Assembly (NCBI GenBank): GCA_943787795.1
Contig: CALSNU010000002.1
Location: 128,001-192,000 of the forward strand
Reading direction: 5' to 3'
Source: an uncultured bacterium
Lineage (GTDB): Bacteria > Planctomycetota > UBA1135 > GCA-002686595
Length of the DNA: 64,000 nucleotides
Both the position numbers and the translations under genes were made by a program. Positions 1-9,806 of this stretch are shown in pieces. The notes under the pieces were generated by a model. The model searched no databases and was not told where the DNA came from. It was given only the letters and a program-made list of their open reading frames with translations. How positions within the stretch are numbered: the first letter of the stretch is position 1; each line of letters starts with the position of its first letter.

Positions 1-190
1 GGCTGCCCTTGGCGCCCAGCACCGCGTCGTACCCGATGTCCCCGCCCGTGAAGGCCGTGCGCGACTGCTCGGACACCGTGAAGACGCTCATCACGAGGCC
101 GCTGGCGAGGCCCGCGGAGACGACGGTGATGATGGTCGACAGCAGGTGCTGGCGGAGCGAGCGCGCGACGATGAAGAGGAGTGACCTCAC
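1..190 (-). CDS. ABC transporter permease (FtsX/MacB-like), 5' part only; runs off window start
   Basis: Manual translation from GTG at 190: [37 protein letters not shown]...YDAVLGAKGS. GTGA overlap with the stop of the upstream ABC ATPase. Confidence 0.8.
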   Translation of the reverse strand, partial: MRSLLFIVARSLRQHLLSTIITVVSAGLASGLVMSVFTVSEQSRTAFTGGDIGYDAVLGAKGS

Positions 191-873
191 GAGCCCTGGG
201 GCTCCTCGGTCATGGCCCGGTTGAGGGTTGCGAAGTCGAGGGCGTCGCCAAAGTCGTCGAGCACGCGCGGGTCGTGGCTGACGCAGATGAGCGCCGCCCC
301 CTGCTCACGGCAGAGGTCCCGCAGGAGCCCAAGCGCCTCCAGCGCGTAGCGCGGGTCCAGGTTGCCGGTCGGCTCGTCGGCGAGGACCAGCCGCGGGCGG
401 TTGGCGAGCGCGCGCGCCAGCGCCACGCGCTGCTGCTGGCCGATGGAGAGCTGGGCGGGGCGGTGCCCCATTCGATCCGAGAGCCCGAGCCGCTCCAGCA
501 GGGAGCTCGCGAACTCACGGTCCGGTCCAGGACCGAACATCATCCCGAGGGTGACGTTCTCCAGGGCGGTGTACCCCCCGAGCAGGTTGAAGGTCTGGAA
601 CACGTAACCCAGCTCCCGCGCCCGCCACGCGTCCCGCTTCGCCTCACCCAGGCTGGAGACAACCTCGCCGTCCCAGACGACCTCACCCGAGGTGGGCGCC
701 AAGAGCCCGGCGATGATGTTCAGGAAGGTGGTCTTCCCGGACCCGCTCGTGCCGGCGATGGCGACCTGCTGTCCCGCGTCCACATTGAAGGACGGCACGT
801 CAACGATCAGCTGATCGTCGCCGTCCGGGGACCGAAAGATCCGGCGGACGTCACGGAGTTCGAGGAGAGGCAT
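187..873 (-). CDS. ABC transporter ATP-binding protein (LolD/MacB-like)
   Basis: Walker A GTSGSGKT, signature LSIGQQQRV, Walker [14 protein letters not shown]-loop VSHD. Confidence 0.95.
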   Translation of the reverse strand: MPLLELRDVRRIFRSPDGDDQLIVDVPSFNVDAGQQVAIAGTSGSGKTTFLNIIAGLLAPTSGEVVWDGEVVSSLGEAKRDAWRARELGYVFQTFNLLGGYTALENVTLGMMFGPGPDREFASSLLERLGLSDRMGHRPAQLSIGQQQRVALARALANRPRLVLADEPTGNLDPRYALEALGLLRDLCREQGAALICVSHDPRVLDDFGDALDFATLNRAMTEEPQGS

Positions 874-957
874 GGACCGGATTGTAGGACCCCAGAGTCC
901 TGGCGTAACCGCCGTACAGACCTCTCACCGGATTCGCCCCTCCCGCGGGGCGCAGGC

Positions 958-1773
958 TCACAGGTGCGGTCCCGGATCCGGCAGCCCGCCCTCGGTCAAT
1001 TTGGAGGTGATGTACTCCACCGCCTCGTCCACCGAGTCCGTCTGGAAGAACAGGTCGACGTCGTCGGGGGAGATCGTGCCGAACTCGATCAGGGTCTCGA
1101 AGTTGATCACCTTGGACCAGAACTCCTTGCCGAACAGGACGATCGGCAGGGCCTTCTTGATCTTGAGCGTCTGGACGAGGGTCACCACCTCCATGAACTC
1201 GTCCAGGGTCCCGAACCCGCCCGGCATCACGACGATCGCCTTGGCCATGTAGGTGAACCAGAACTTGCGCATGAAGAAGTAGTGGAACTCCAGCGACAGG
1301 CCCTCGGTGATGTGCGGGTTGTCGTTCTGCTCGAACGGCAGGCTGATGTTGAGCCCGATGTTGAGCCCGTCCGCCTCCGAGGCCCCGCGGTTCGCCGCCT
1401 CCATGATCCCCGGGCCGCCTCCCGAGCAGATCACAAAGCGCTGCCGGCCCTCCTCGAGACCCTTGGCCCACTCCGTCAGCTTGAAGGACAGCTCCCGCGC
1501 CGCCTCGTAGTAGGCGGACATGCGCAGGTCCCGCTCGGCCTTCGCCACGTCGCCGCCGGAGGACTTCGCATCCGCGAGCCCTTTCTCCGCGTCGTCCTTC
1601 GGGAGGAGCCTCGCGGAGCCAAAGACCACGATCGTATCCTCGATCTTCATCTCCTCGAAGCGGGCCTCGGGCTCGAGGTACTCGGCCAGGATCCGCATGG
1701 GACGAGCGGTCCGGCTGTGGATCCAGGAAAGGTTCTCGTACGCCTTCACGGCGCGATAGCGGCTCTCTGACAT
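958..1773 (-). CDS. LOG family nucleotide monophosphate nucleosidase (TIGR00730-like)
   Basis: FGSAR, GGGPGIMEAANRGA, FHYFFMRK, PGGFGTLDE motifs. Confidence 0.95.
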   Translation of the reverse strand: MSESRYRAVKAYENLSWIHSRTARPMRILAEYLEPEARFEEMKIEDTIVVFGSARLLPKDDAEKGLADAKSSGGDVAKAERDLRMSAYYEAARELSFKLTEWAKGLEEGRQRFVICSGGGPGIMEAANRGASEADGLNIGLNISLPFEQNDNPHITEGLSLEFHYFFMRKFWFTYMAKAIVVMPGGFGTLDEFMEVVTLVQTLKIKKALPIVLFGKEFWSKVINFETLIEFGTISPDDVDLFFQTDSVDEAVEYITSKLTEGGLPDPGPHL

Positions 1774-1838
1774 GCCAGGAGTCTGGCGCCCTGCACTCCA
1801 GGAGGCCAGAGAACTCGACCGGCTCCTAGACTCTTCAC

Positions 1839-3467
1839 ATGAGCGACCCGACCTCTTCGAGCCCCGCCGACGCCGAGCCCAAGCGGCGCGGCCTCTTCGC
1901 CACCTTCCTGAGCATCGTGGAGAAGCTGGGGAACCTGCTGCCCCACCCCGTGACGCTGTTCGCGATCTTCGCGGCGGGGATCGTCCTCTTGAGCGGCCTG
2001 GCCTCGTGGCTCGACCTCTCCGTGCAGGACATCCGGCCGGACACCAAGGGCGAGGAGATCCGGGCCGTGAGCCTGATGTCCGCGGAGGGGCTGCGGCGGA
2101 TCTCCATGGGGCTGGTGACCAACTTCACCAGCTTCGCCCCCCTGGGTACCGTCCTCGTCGCGCTGCTCGGAGTCGGGGTTGCCGAGCGGTCTGGCCTGCT
2201 CTCTGCCGCCATCCGTGCGCTGGTGCTGGCGGCGCCGCGGCGGCTCCTGACCCCCACGATCGTGCTCGCCGCGGTCCTGTCGAACACGGCCTCGGAGATG
2301 GGCTACGTGGTCCTGATCCCCCTCGCGGCCGTGATCTACCACTCGGTCGGGCGGCACCCCTTCGTCGGTCTCGCCGCCGCCTTCGCGGGCGTGAGCGGCG
2401 GCTACAGCGCGAACCTGTTCATCGGGACGGTGGACCCGCTGCTGGCCGGCATCACCACCGAGGCCGCCGCCATCGTCGGCGGGGCTGACTACGAGCCAGG
2501 CGGCTCCAAGGAGGTCCTGGCCACGGCCAACTGGTACTTCATGGCCATCAGCACGCTGATGATCACCGTCCTCGGCACCCTGGTCACCGAGCGACTCGTG
2601 GCCCCGTGGCTCGGGGAGTACGACGAGTCCGCCGCCGAGGAGGGGGCGCTGGAGGCGAGCCAGGACGGGCTCCAGCCCCTCGACGCCCGCGAGAAGCGAG
2701 CCCTCCGATGGGCGGGCATCACGCTCGCCGGGCTGATCGCTGTGCTGCTCGCCCTGGTGCTGCCCGAGGGCGGCGCGTTCCGCGCACCCGGCGCGGCGGT
2801 GGACGCCACCTTCGTGGAGAAGATCCGCCCAGCCCTGAAGAGCGTGGTGGCGCTCATCTTCGTCTTCTTCATTGTCCCCGCGGTGGTCTACGGCCGGATC
2901 GCCGGGACCATGCGGACCGACCGGGACGTCATCGACGGGATGTCCAAGGCCATGTCGTCCATGGGGCTCTACATGGTGCTGGTGTTCTTCGCCGCCCAGT
3001 TCGTGGCCTTCTTCAAGTGGACGAACCTCGGGCTGATCCTCGCCATCTCGGGGGCGAACTTCATCGAGAGCGCGAACCTCTCGGGGCCGATCATCTTCCT
3101 GCCGTTCATCCTGATGTGCTGCTTCGTCAACCTGATGCTGGGAAGCGCATCTGCGCAGTGGGCGATCACCGCGCCGATCTTCGTGCCGATGCTGATGCTC
3201 TCCAACTACACGCCGGAGGTCATCCAGGCGGCGTACCGGATCGGCGACAGCACGACGAATCCGATCACGCCGATGATGAGCTACTTCGGGCTGATCCTCG
3301 CGTTCGCCACGCGGTACGACCGCAAGCTCGGGATCGGGACGATCGTGGCCACGATGCTCCCCTACTCCATCGTGTTCCTCACCGGGTGGATCGTGCTCTT
3401 CTATACCTGGGTCTTCGTCTTCGGGTTGCCGGTCGGCCCTGGCACGGAGCTCTACCTGCAGCCCTGA
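1839..3467 (+). CDS. AbgT family transporter
   Basis: EKLGNLLPHP, NFTSFAPLG, GVSGGYSAN, AYRIGDSTTNPITPM; many TM helices. Confidence 0.95.
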   Translation: MSDPTSSSPADAEPKRRGLFATFLSIVEKLGNLLPHPVTLFAIFAAGIVLLSGLASWLDLSVQDIRPDTKGEEIRAVSLMSAEGLRRISMGLVTNFTSFAPLGTVLVALLGVGVAERSGLLSAAIRALVLAAPRRLLTPTIVLAAVLSNTASEMGYVVLIPLAAVIYHSVGRHPFVGLAAAFAGVSGGYSANLFIGTVDPLLAGITTEAAAIVGGADYEPGGSKEVLATANWYFMAISTLMITVLGTLVTERLVAPWLGEYDESAAEEGALEASQDGLQPLDAREKRALRWAGITLAGLIAVLLALVLPEGGAFRAPGAAVDATFVEKIRPALKSVVALIFVFFIVPAVVYGRIAGTMRTDRDVIDGMSKAMSSMGLYMVLVFFAAQFVAFFKWTNLGLILAISGANFIESANLSGPIIFLPFILMCCFVNLMLGSASAQWAITAPIFVPMLMLSNYTPEVIQAAYRIGDSTTNPITPMMSYFGLILAFATRYDRKLGIGTIVATMLPYSIVFLTGWIVLFYTWVFVFGLPVGPGTELYLQP

Positions 3468-3493
3468 CAGCGTCGACGCTCAGGCCCTTCTCG

Positions 3494-3517
3494 GACGCCC
3501 CTCATCGGAGAGGCGTC
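3494..3517. terminator. Hairpin between convergent genes, possible terminator
   Basis: gacgcccctc-atcg-gagaggcgtc near-perfect inverted repeat, no clear U tract. Confidence 0.4.
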
Positions 3518-3579
3518 GGGCGCAACGCGCGCCCAGGTCCAACGGCTTTCCGGGCGCTCGCCCCGCGGCCCCGCGCGGC

Positions 3580-3876
3580 TCACTCGTCGTGCCGCTGCGC
3601 TCGATCGTCGACCTTCCCCTTCGCCTTCTTGAAGAGGTCATCAAGGTCGCGCGTCCTCGCCTTCTCTCGATTCAACGCGCTGTCGAAGGCGTCCTCGCTG
3701 CGCGACCCGCGGTCCGTGACCGTACGAGCCGCGGTGTCCCAGCGCTTCCCGTCCTGCACGGGCTTGCCGAACTCGTCGAGCGATGCCTTGGGGACGTGCC
3801 GGAGCACCTTCTGCGACCGGACGTCGACCAGCAGGCGCGAGTCGCAGCACGGGCAGTCGATTTCGATTTCCTTCAT
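3580..3876 (-). CDS. Small conserved hypothetical protein with N-terminal CPCC motif and charged helical tail
   Basis: MKEIEIDCPCCDSRLLVD...LDDLFKKAK; GC3-biased codons. Confidence 0.8.
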   Translation of the reverse strand: MKEIEIDCPCCDSRLLVDVRSQKVLRHVPKASLDEFGKPVQDGKRWDTAARTVTDRGSRSEDAFDSALNREKARTRDLDDLFKKAKGKVDDRAQRHDE

Positions 3877-4096
3877 ACAGGCGCAGGTCGGAGCGTTTGA
3901 ATCACGCCGTCAGGGCGATCCTCATCGCGTTTGAGGCGCCGCTGGAATGGCTTCGCCGATTTTATTACAGATTGATGGACGAGAGGTGACCCCGCTGCCG
4001 CTGAGGCGTAGGGACCTCTCCGGAACGAGCAGGAACTGCGCCGAGACCCGACGCGACCTCCCGCTTCACCGCACTGACCGCCTGCCCCACGATCCG

Positions 4097-4216
4097 ATGA
4101 CGCGACAGACCACGATTCGTAGCGCGTTCCAGACCTCGCTGCTCTTCGAGCGGGCCCTGGGCCTGGTGCTCTGGACAGGGCTGATCGCCGTACTGTTCAC
4201 GAAGTCCTACCTCTGA
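4097..4216 (+). CDS. Putative 39-aa single-TM small protein
   Basis: MTRQTTIRSAFQTSLLFERALGLVLWTGLIAVLFTKSYL; hydrophobic C-terminal helix, fills an intergenic gap. Confidence 0.45.
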   Translation: MTRQTTIRSAFQTSLLFERALGLVLWTGLIAVLFTKSYL

Positions 4217-4378
4217 TCGTCCCTTCGCCGGGTCCGATGGACGCCCAGGTGGCGCCCGAGAGGCGCCCAGAAGGCACTCAGATCAGCGACACGGTCGCGG
4301 CCGAGTTGGCCGACGAGACCTCGCTCCCGCGTGACCCCGTCCAGGCACCACCGGCGTCCGGCGCCGCTGATCACGCGA

Positions 4379-5401
4379 TCACTGACTCCGGGCCGCGTCC
4401 AGCGCCAGCGTTGCCTCGCCAAAGGCCCTGCCGATGTCGCTGAAGGTGCGAGGGCTGCCGAGATAGTGGAAGGGGTAGTCCGAGCCCACCAACTTCCACT
4501 CCTCGAGGTGCTCCCGCCAGCCCTTGTCGAAGATGGCCTGAGCCTCCTCGTCCCAGAACTGGTCGGTGCGCACGAGTCGGGTGTTCGACCGGAACTCGGG
4601 GAGCAGGGTGGGCGCTGCCTGCGCGGCCTTGAACAGGTCCCGCTTCGGGTCCGCCTGCTTCGTGCCGCCGACCCCGAGCTGCCCGACCACGAAGGGCAGG
4701 TCCGCCGCCTTGAGGTCACGACGGACATCACGAATCAGGCAGGCGAGGTTGCGAGAGTAGTCGGCCACCGCCTCGTCGCTCACGAGGTCATTCCACCCCT
4801 GGAACCAGACGAAGCCGCTGAGCTCGAACGCACCGCCCCCCATGCCCGGGAAGGCGCTGCGCGCCTCACCCAGCGCACGCTCGACCTCGCGGAGCATGCC
4901 GCGGTAGTCCCGGCCGAAGGACGCCTTCACGTCCTCCATCGTCTTCTCCGGGGTCCTCTTCTGCTCCGCCGCGAGCAGACGCTCCAGGGCCCCTTGGTCG
5001 GGGAGGCCGGCGCTCGGCGGACGGAAGTCCCGGTACAGGCTCCGGCCGCCCCAGGCCGCCTTGATGAGCAGCACAGGCTCCTCGAAGTGATCCCCCACCA
5101 CGTGCCCAAAGTCCAGCTCAACCCCCACTCGGCCCGGGCTGCCATAGCCGACCGTCAGGGGCCCGCGGCGGCCAAGAAAGTCGATCCAGACGTCATCTCG
5201 GACGCCCCAATCGCCGTCCTCTCGCAGGTGCGCAAAGCGCTTCGCGGTGGCGGGCTGGGTGGCGACATGCTCCATCAGCGGGAGCTGGACCTTGCCCTCC
5301 ATGTTCGACTGGCCGGCGAGGATGAAGACCTTGATCGTCTCCGACGCCGAGGCCGGCGAGGGGAGGAAGAGGCACGCAAGGAGGAGGAGGAGCTGCTTCA
5401 T
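4379..5401 (-). CDS. Secreted sialate O-acetylesterase-like (SASA/SGNH) hydrolase
   Basis: Signal peptide MKQLLLLL...ASA, LAGQSNMEG, KAAWGG, WFQGWND, FHY; start taken at ATG 5401. Confidence 0.9.
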   Translation of the reverse strand: MKQLLLLLACLFLPSPASASETIKVFILAGQSNMEGKVQLPLMEHVATQPATAKRFAHLREDGDWGVRDDVWIDFLGRRGPLTVGYGSPGRVGVELDFGHVVGDHFEEPVLLIKAAWGGRSLYRDFRPPSAGLPDQGALERLLAAEQKRTPEKTMEDVKASFGRDYRGMLREVERALGEARSAFPGMGGGAFELSGFVWFQGWNDLVSDEAVADYSRNLACLIRDVRRDLKAADLPFVVGQLGVGGTKQADPKRDLFKAAQAAPTLLPEFRSNTRLVRTDQFWDEEAQAIFDKGWREHLEEWKLVGSDYPFHYLGSPRTFSDIGRAFGEATLALDAARSQ

Positions 5402-5450
5402 CGTTGGTTGGCCGAAAGGTCCGTCCGTGGGCAGAGTGGCCCGGGCGAGG

Positions 5451-6518
5451 TCAAGAGGAGAGGTCCGCGGCGAGGAGGCGCTGGAAGTGATGGGGCCCGG
5501 CCTCGTGCTCGGGGGAGAACCGCCCGCCCGGGTAGAGCCGGGACCGGACGCCCTTCTGCACCGAGTGCACCACGGCCTGGTCCTCGAGCTCGACCTGATC
5601 GAGCCCGCTCCCGACCCCGGTCTCCACCAGCGCGGGCCGGGCGACCCAGCGCAGGTAGCGCACGCGGCATCGGCCGGGGCCAGTGGGCTCCACGAGATTG
5701 ACCGAGATCCCCCACGTGTAGACGTTGACCATGAGGTTGGGATAAAGCCACAGGTACTCAGCCACGAGCCCCGCCTCCCGCCGGAGGCAGCGCTCGTCCC
5801 CGGAGCCAAACCCCAGCTGGTTCACCGTCTGCCCCTCGATCTCCACGCGGTACTTCCCGAAGTCGAGCCCTGCGTTGAGGCCGGGATGCACGAAGGGGAT
5901 ATGGAAGCCCTCGAGGTAGTTCTCGCAGTACACCGCCCAGCTCGCGTCGAGGTCATAGGCGCGCGAGGCCTCCGGGGCGAAGGTGAACCTCTCACCCTCG
6001 AACTCGGTGAGGGCGGTGCGCAGCGGCCCAGACCAGCGTTCGAAGTCGATCCCCGGGGCGAGCGACAGGAACCGAAGGGGACCCAGGGCCTCGAGCCCCA
6101 CGCCGGCCAGGTCGTCCTCGGGACGCGGGAAGTCGAGGGCCCCCTCGAACCCGGGGCAGGACTCCATCTTCCCGTCGAGCCCGAACCTCCGGCCGTGATA
6201 CGCGCAGCGCAGCCCCCTGTTGTTCGAGCCACACTCGGCAAGCAGCGCGCCCCGGTGGGTGCAGACGTTCGAGAGCACGCGCTCCGCCTCCCCATCACGG
6301 ATCCAGACCAGCGGCTCGTTGAGCCCACCCTCGAGGAGCGTGAAGGGCTCCACCACGTGGGCGGGTTCCGGGACCGGGAGCAGCTGCCAGGAGGGCACAA
6401 AGACGCGTTCGAGGACCCGCTGGTGAGCCGCCGGGTCGAAGTGCAGGCCCGGGTGAATCGTGCCCGCCCGCCGGAGATCGGGGTGAACCGGGCTCGCTCC
6501 ATGTGACTCTTGACTCAT
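5451..6518 (-). CDS. Rieske non-heme iron oxygenase alpha subunit (choline monooxygenase-like)
   Basis: Rieske CTH...CAYH, mononuclear iron site ENYLEGFHIPFVH and ED...VQKG. Confidence 0.92.
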   Translation of the reverse strand: MSQESHGASPVHPDLRRAGTIHPGLHFDPAAHQRVLERVFVPSWQLLPVPEPAHVVEPFTLLEGGLNEPLVWIRDGEAERVLSNVCTHRGALLAECGSNNRGLRCAYHGRRFGLDGKMESCPGFEGALDFPRPEDDLAGVGLEALGPLRFLSLAPGIDFERWSGPLRTALTEFEGERFTFAPEASRAYDLDASWAVYCENYLEGFHIPFVHPGLNAGLDFGKYRVEIEGQTVNQLGFGSGDERCLRREAGLVAEYLWLYPNLMVNVYTWGISVNLVEPTGPGRCRVRYLRWVARPALVETGVGSGLDQVELEDQAVVHSVQKGVRSRLYPGGRFSPEHEAGPHHFQRLLAADLSS

Positions 6519-6530
6519 GCTCGACTCACT

Positions 6531-7226
6531 TCAGGAGGGCACGGAGGTCGACGCGCCGTTGTCGGCGGCGCCGAGGTTCAGGAAGAAGGGCGCCGCCCGA
6601 TGCGACCAGGCCTCGGGGGTCTCACAGTCCCCCGCCGCCTCTCCGCGCACCTGCCGCAGCATGCTCGTGTCGATCACTCCCGGACCGACTGCCACGGCCG
6701 CCATCCCGGCGGGGAGCTCCTGGGCGAGGGCGCTGATCATCCCCTCCACCGCGAACTTGCTGGCGCAGTAGGGCGCCACCTCGGGGGAGGCGAAGCGCCC
6801 CCAGCCCGACGAGAGCCCGACCAGCACCCCTCGTCCTCGCTGGATCATCGGGGGGGCGAGGGCCCGTACGACGTTGGCGATCCCGGAGACGTTGACCGCG
6901 AGCACGGCGTCGAACTCCTCGGCGGAGACCTCCCAGAGGGGGGCGGGGTCGTTGATCTTGCCAGCGTTGGCGATCACGAGGTCGGGTACCAGGCCGTGGG
7001 CGCACGCCTCCTCCGCCCAGGCCGCCACCTCGGCGGCAGAGCGGACGTCCACGGGTCGCGCGAAGACCCGGTCACCGCCCAGCTGTTCAAGCTCCTTCAG
7101 AGCCCCCTCGGACCGGCCGCAGGCCACGAGCCGGTGCCCGCCCTCCAGCAGGCGCTCCGCGAGGGCCCGGCCCAGGCCCCTCGTCGCGCCGGTCAGGGCC
7201 ACGGTCCGTTGCGTCACTTGCTCCAT
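6531..7226 (-). CDS. Short-chain dehydrogenase/reductase
   Basis: TGATRGLG, NAG, YCASK. Confidence 0.93.
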   Translation of the reverse strand: MEQVTQRTVALTGATRGLGRALAERLLEGGHRLVACGRSEGALKELEQLGGDRVFARPVDVRSAAEVAAWAEEACAHGLVPDLVIANAGKINDPAPLWEVSAEEFDAVLAVNVSGIANVVRALAPPMIQRGRGVLVGLSSGWGRFASPEVAPYCASKFAVEGMISALAQELPAGMAAVAVGPGVIDTSMLRQVRGEAAGDCETPEAWSHRAAPFFLNLGAADNGASTSVPS

Positions 7227-7264
7227 CCTCGACATTCGACCACGCCGGAAGCGACCCCGCCGCT

Positions 7265-7301
7265 CCCGTAGGGCCGAAAGCCCGCCACCCCGTAGGGCCG
7301 A
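7265..7301. repeat. 13-bp direct repeat x2 (cccgtagggccga), 24-bp period, in divergent promoter region
   Basis: Copies at 7265-7277 and 7289-7301. Confidence 0.7.
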
Positions 7302-7439
7302 GAGAGCGGCGGGTGCAGCGGGCCGCGGGGCGGATGACCGGGGGCGGGCGAAGCGCTCGGCCGCAGTATCGCTATCCTCGCCCCGAGTCCGCGCGGGCCT
7401 TTCCCCGCCCTCCTCCGACGTCCACTGCCCCGGCTAGCC

Positions 7440-8234
7440 GTGCTCGAGTCCCTCTTCACGCTCTTCATGCTCATCGTCCTCCAGGCCGTCCTGGGGTTCG
7501 ACAACCTGCTGTACATCTCCCTGGAGTCCAAGCGCGCGCCCGAGGCGGAGCGCAAGCGGGTCCGGCAGCTGGGTATCGGGATCGCGATCGGCCTGCGGAT
7601 CGTGCTGCTCTTCGCCCTGCTCCAGCTCATCGAGGTCGCGCAGAACGTGTTCTGGGAGCCCCACTGGGAGGGGGTCTTCATCGCCGAATTCAACGCTCAC
7701 AGCCTGATCGTGCTCTTCGGTGGCGCCTTCATCCTCTACACCGCGACCAAGGAGATCCTCCACATGATCGCGCTGGAGGACGTGGACTCGGGCGAGGGAA
7801 AGAAGGCCGCCTCGACGGCGCGCGTGGTGGCGCTGATCGTGCTCATGAACCTGGTGTTCTCCTTCGACTCGATCCTCAGCGCGATCGCGCTCGCCGGGCC
7901 GGACGGCGAGGTCATCATGTCCATCGCGATCATCGTCAGCGGCATCCTCATGATCGTCCTGGCCGAGCACGTGTCGACGTTCCTGGCGCGCAACCGGATG
8001 TACGAGGTGCTGGGGCTCTTCATCCTCTTCATCGTCGGCGTCATGCTCGTCACCGAAGGCGGTCACCTCGCCCACATCGAGCTCTTCGGGAGCGAGGTGA
8101 TGCCGATGACCAAGACGACCTTCTACTTCGTGATCGCCGTCCTCGTGCTCACCGACGTGGTCCAGACCCGCTACCAGAAGCGGCTCCAGCGCGCGCTTGA
8201 GGCACAGAAGGGCCGCCCCGTCGACGCCGCCTGA
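7440..8234 (+). CDS. TerC family integral membrane protein
   Basis: LQAVLGFDNL, NLVFSFDSILSA; multiple TM helices. Confidence 0.93.
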   Translation: MLESLFTLFMLIVLQAVLGFDNLLYISLESKRAPEAERKRVRQLGIGIAIGLRIVLLFALLQLIEVAQNVFWEPHWEGVFIAEFNAHSLIVLFGGAFILYTATKEILHMIALEDVDSGEGKKAASTARVVALIVLMNLVFSFDSILSAIALAGPDGEVIMSIAIIVSGILMIVLAEHVSTFLARNRMYEVLGLFILFIVGVMLVTEGGHLAHIELFGSEVMPMTKTTFYFVIAVLVLTDVVQTRYQKRLQRALEAQKGRPVDAA

Positions 8235-8398
8235 GGAACCAGCCGGCGGCGTGCAGAGCGCCAAGTCCAGGTTCGGCGACCGCGCCGGCCGAATCTCCGC
8301 GCCGAGCCTCCAAGCCAGATCCCGACGCCGGGTTCAAGCCGACCGCTTCATGGGCGCGACGGGGCGCGCCGGCGGCGCTGCCTGATCGCAGGCTCGCC

Positions 8399-9127
8399 CT
8401 AGGTCCGGCCCGGGAGGTGCGCGTTCGTGTGCGGGGCCCACTCCCGGAGCCGACCGCGGTAGACCCGAAGGTGCTCGTGATAGAAGCCGTCACGCAGCTC
8501 GTAGGCGCCCTCCACGTCCTCGATCTCCTCCATGAAGTGCTCGTCCTCGAAGTAGTAGTCGCGGAAGGGACCCGAGGTCGTGCCGATGACGTCCACGTCG
8601 AAACCATTCCGGTCCATCAGGCGCTCGGTCTCGCCGAAGTCCGCCATGGACGACTGGATGAAGATGAGCTCCCCGAGGGGCCGCAGCCGCTTGTGGGCGT
8701 CGAGGATGAGCGAGTCGATGAAGTAGCGTCGGTTCTGCTTCCCGCTCTGACAGAAGGGCGGGTTCGACACCACCGTGTCGAAGCGCCCTGGCGTTGAGAG
8801 CCAGTCGGCGACCCGGAACTCGATGTCCACGTCGTGGCCGCAGTTGCGCTCGAAGTTGGCCTTGGCGGTCACGAGCAGGTCCTCGGTGATCTCCGTCGCG
8901 ACGATGGACTTGGCGCCCTTGCGATGGATCAGGATCGTGTGATTCGCCACCCCAGCGCCGAGCTCCAGGACATCACGATCCTTGACGAGATCATTCTCCG
9001 CGATCATCCGGGCCAGCCAGTGACCGTGCGGCGTGGGGCTCCAGTCTGCGTCTCCAGCTCGGAGGTCCATCGAGAGCAAGCGGTCGGCTGATTCCATCTG
9101 CGTTCTCCGTCGTGGGGGCATGATCAC
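8399..9127 (-). CDS. Class I SAM-dependent methyltransferase (NPPF-type)
   Basis: VLELGAG, FDTVVSNPPF; exact start uncertain. Confidence 0.85.
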   Translation of the reverse strand: MIMPPRRRTQMESADRLLSMDLRAGDADWSPTPHGHWLARMIAENDLVKDRDVLELGAGVANHTILIHRKGAKSIVATEITEDLLVTAKANFERNCGHDVDIEFRVADWLSTPGRFDTVVSNPPFCQSGKQNRRYFIDSLILDAHKRLRPLGELIFIQSSMADFGETERLMDRNGFDVDVIGTTSGPFRDYYFEDEHFMEEIEDVEGAYELRDGFYHEHLRVYRGRLREWAPHTNAHLPGRT

Positions 9128-9187
9128 CCCGAGGTCGGCAGAGCATAGCAGGTCACGCCGATGATCCGGCGCGCCCCCTCGGCGCCC

Positions 9188-9292
9188 TCACCCGGGCGGC
9201 GTCACCCGACGGAAACACCCCGCGGAAACACCCCGCGGACTCACCCCGCCGAGTCTCCCCGCCGAGTCACCCCGAAGCGTCACCCGTCAACA
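9188..9292. repeat. Degenerate 13-bp tandem repeat (~8 units, tcaccccgcggag-like) ending at the apaG stop codon
   Basis: Units start at 9188, 9202, 9215, 9228, 9241, 9254, 9267 and 9280. Confidence 0.85.
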
Positions 9293-9708
9293 ATGGAGTT
9301 CGTGGCGGACTCCGCGAGGAAGAAGCGACCCACCTCGACCTCAACCGGCTCCCCCTCGTCCGGGGCGAAGGCGAAGCTGCCCTCCATCGTGCCCCAGTCT
9401 GTCGGGAGCTCGGCCATGCTCTGGTACTCGAAGTGGTCCCCCGGCTCCAGCCGCGGCTGCTCCCCCACGACCCCTGGGCCGCGAACCTCGCGCCGCTCGC
9501 CGTTGGCGTCCGTGATCACCCAGTGCCGCGTGCGAAGCGTGAGCGGGCGGTCCCCGACGTTCGTGATGGTGATCTGATAGGCGTAGACCCAGCCCCGCTC
9601 CCCCGGATCCGTGCGCTGCTCGAGCAGCTGCGCCTTGGCCGCCACCTCGATGCCGTGGGTCGTGGTCACGCTGTTCGGACCGTCGGTCTCGCCTGAGGAG
9701 GGTTTCAT
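9280..9708 (-). CDS. apaG: ApaG protein
   Basis: YAYQITITN, RHWVITD, GPGVVGEQP, GTMEGSF. Confidence 0.95.
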   Translation of the reverse strand: MKPSSGETDGPNSVTTTHGIEVAAKAQLLEQRTDPGERGWVYAYQITITNVGDRPLTLRTRHWVITDANGERREVRGPGVVGEQPRLEPGDHFEYQSMAELPTDWGTMEGSFAFAPDEGEPVEVEVGRFFLAESATNSIVDG

Positions 9709-9806
9709 GATCGCAGGGTGGGTGTCGGCAGGCTCATCCAGACCGGTGGGCGGGCCTCGGGAAGTGTAAGCCCAACCCGTTACTCTTTACATCGCGGCTC
9801 GCGACC

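Noticed and set aside
7302..7439. yybP-ykoY riboswitch upstream of terC
   Set aside because: The conserved core of the riboswitch is not recognisable.
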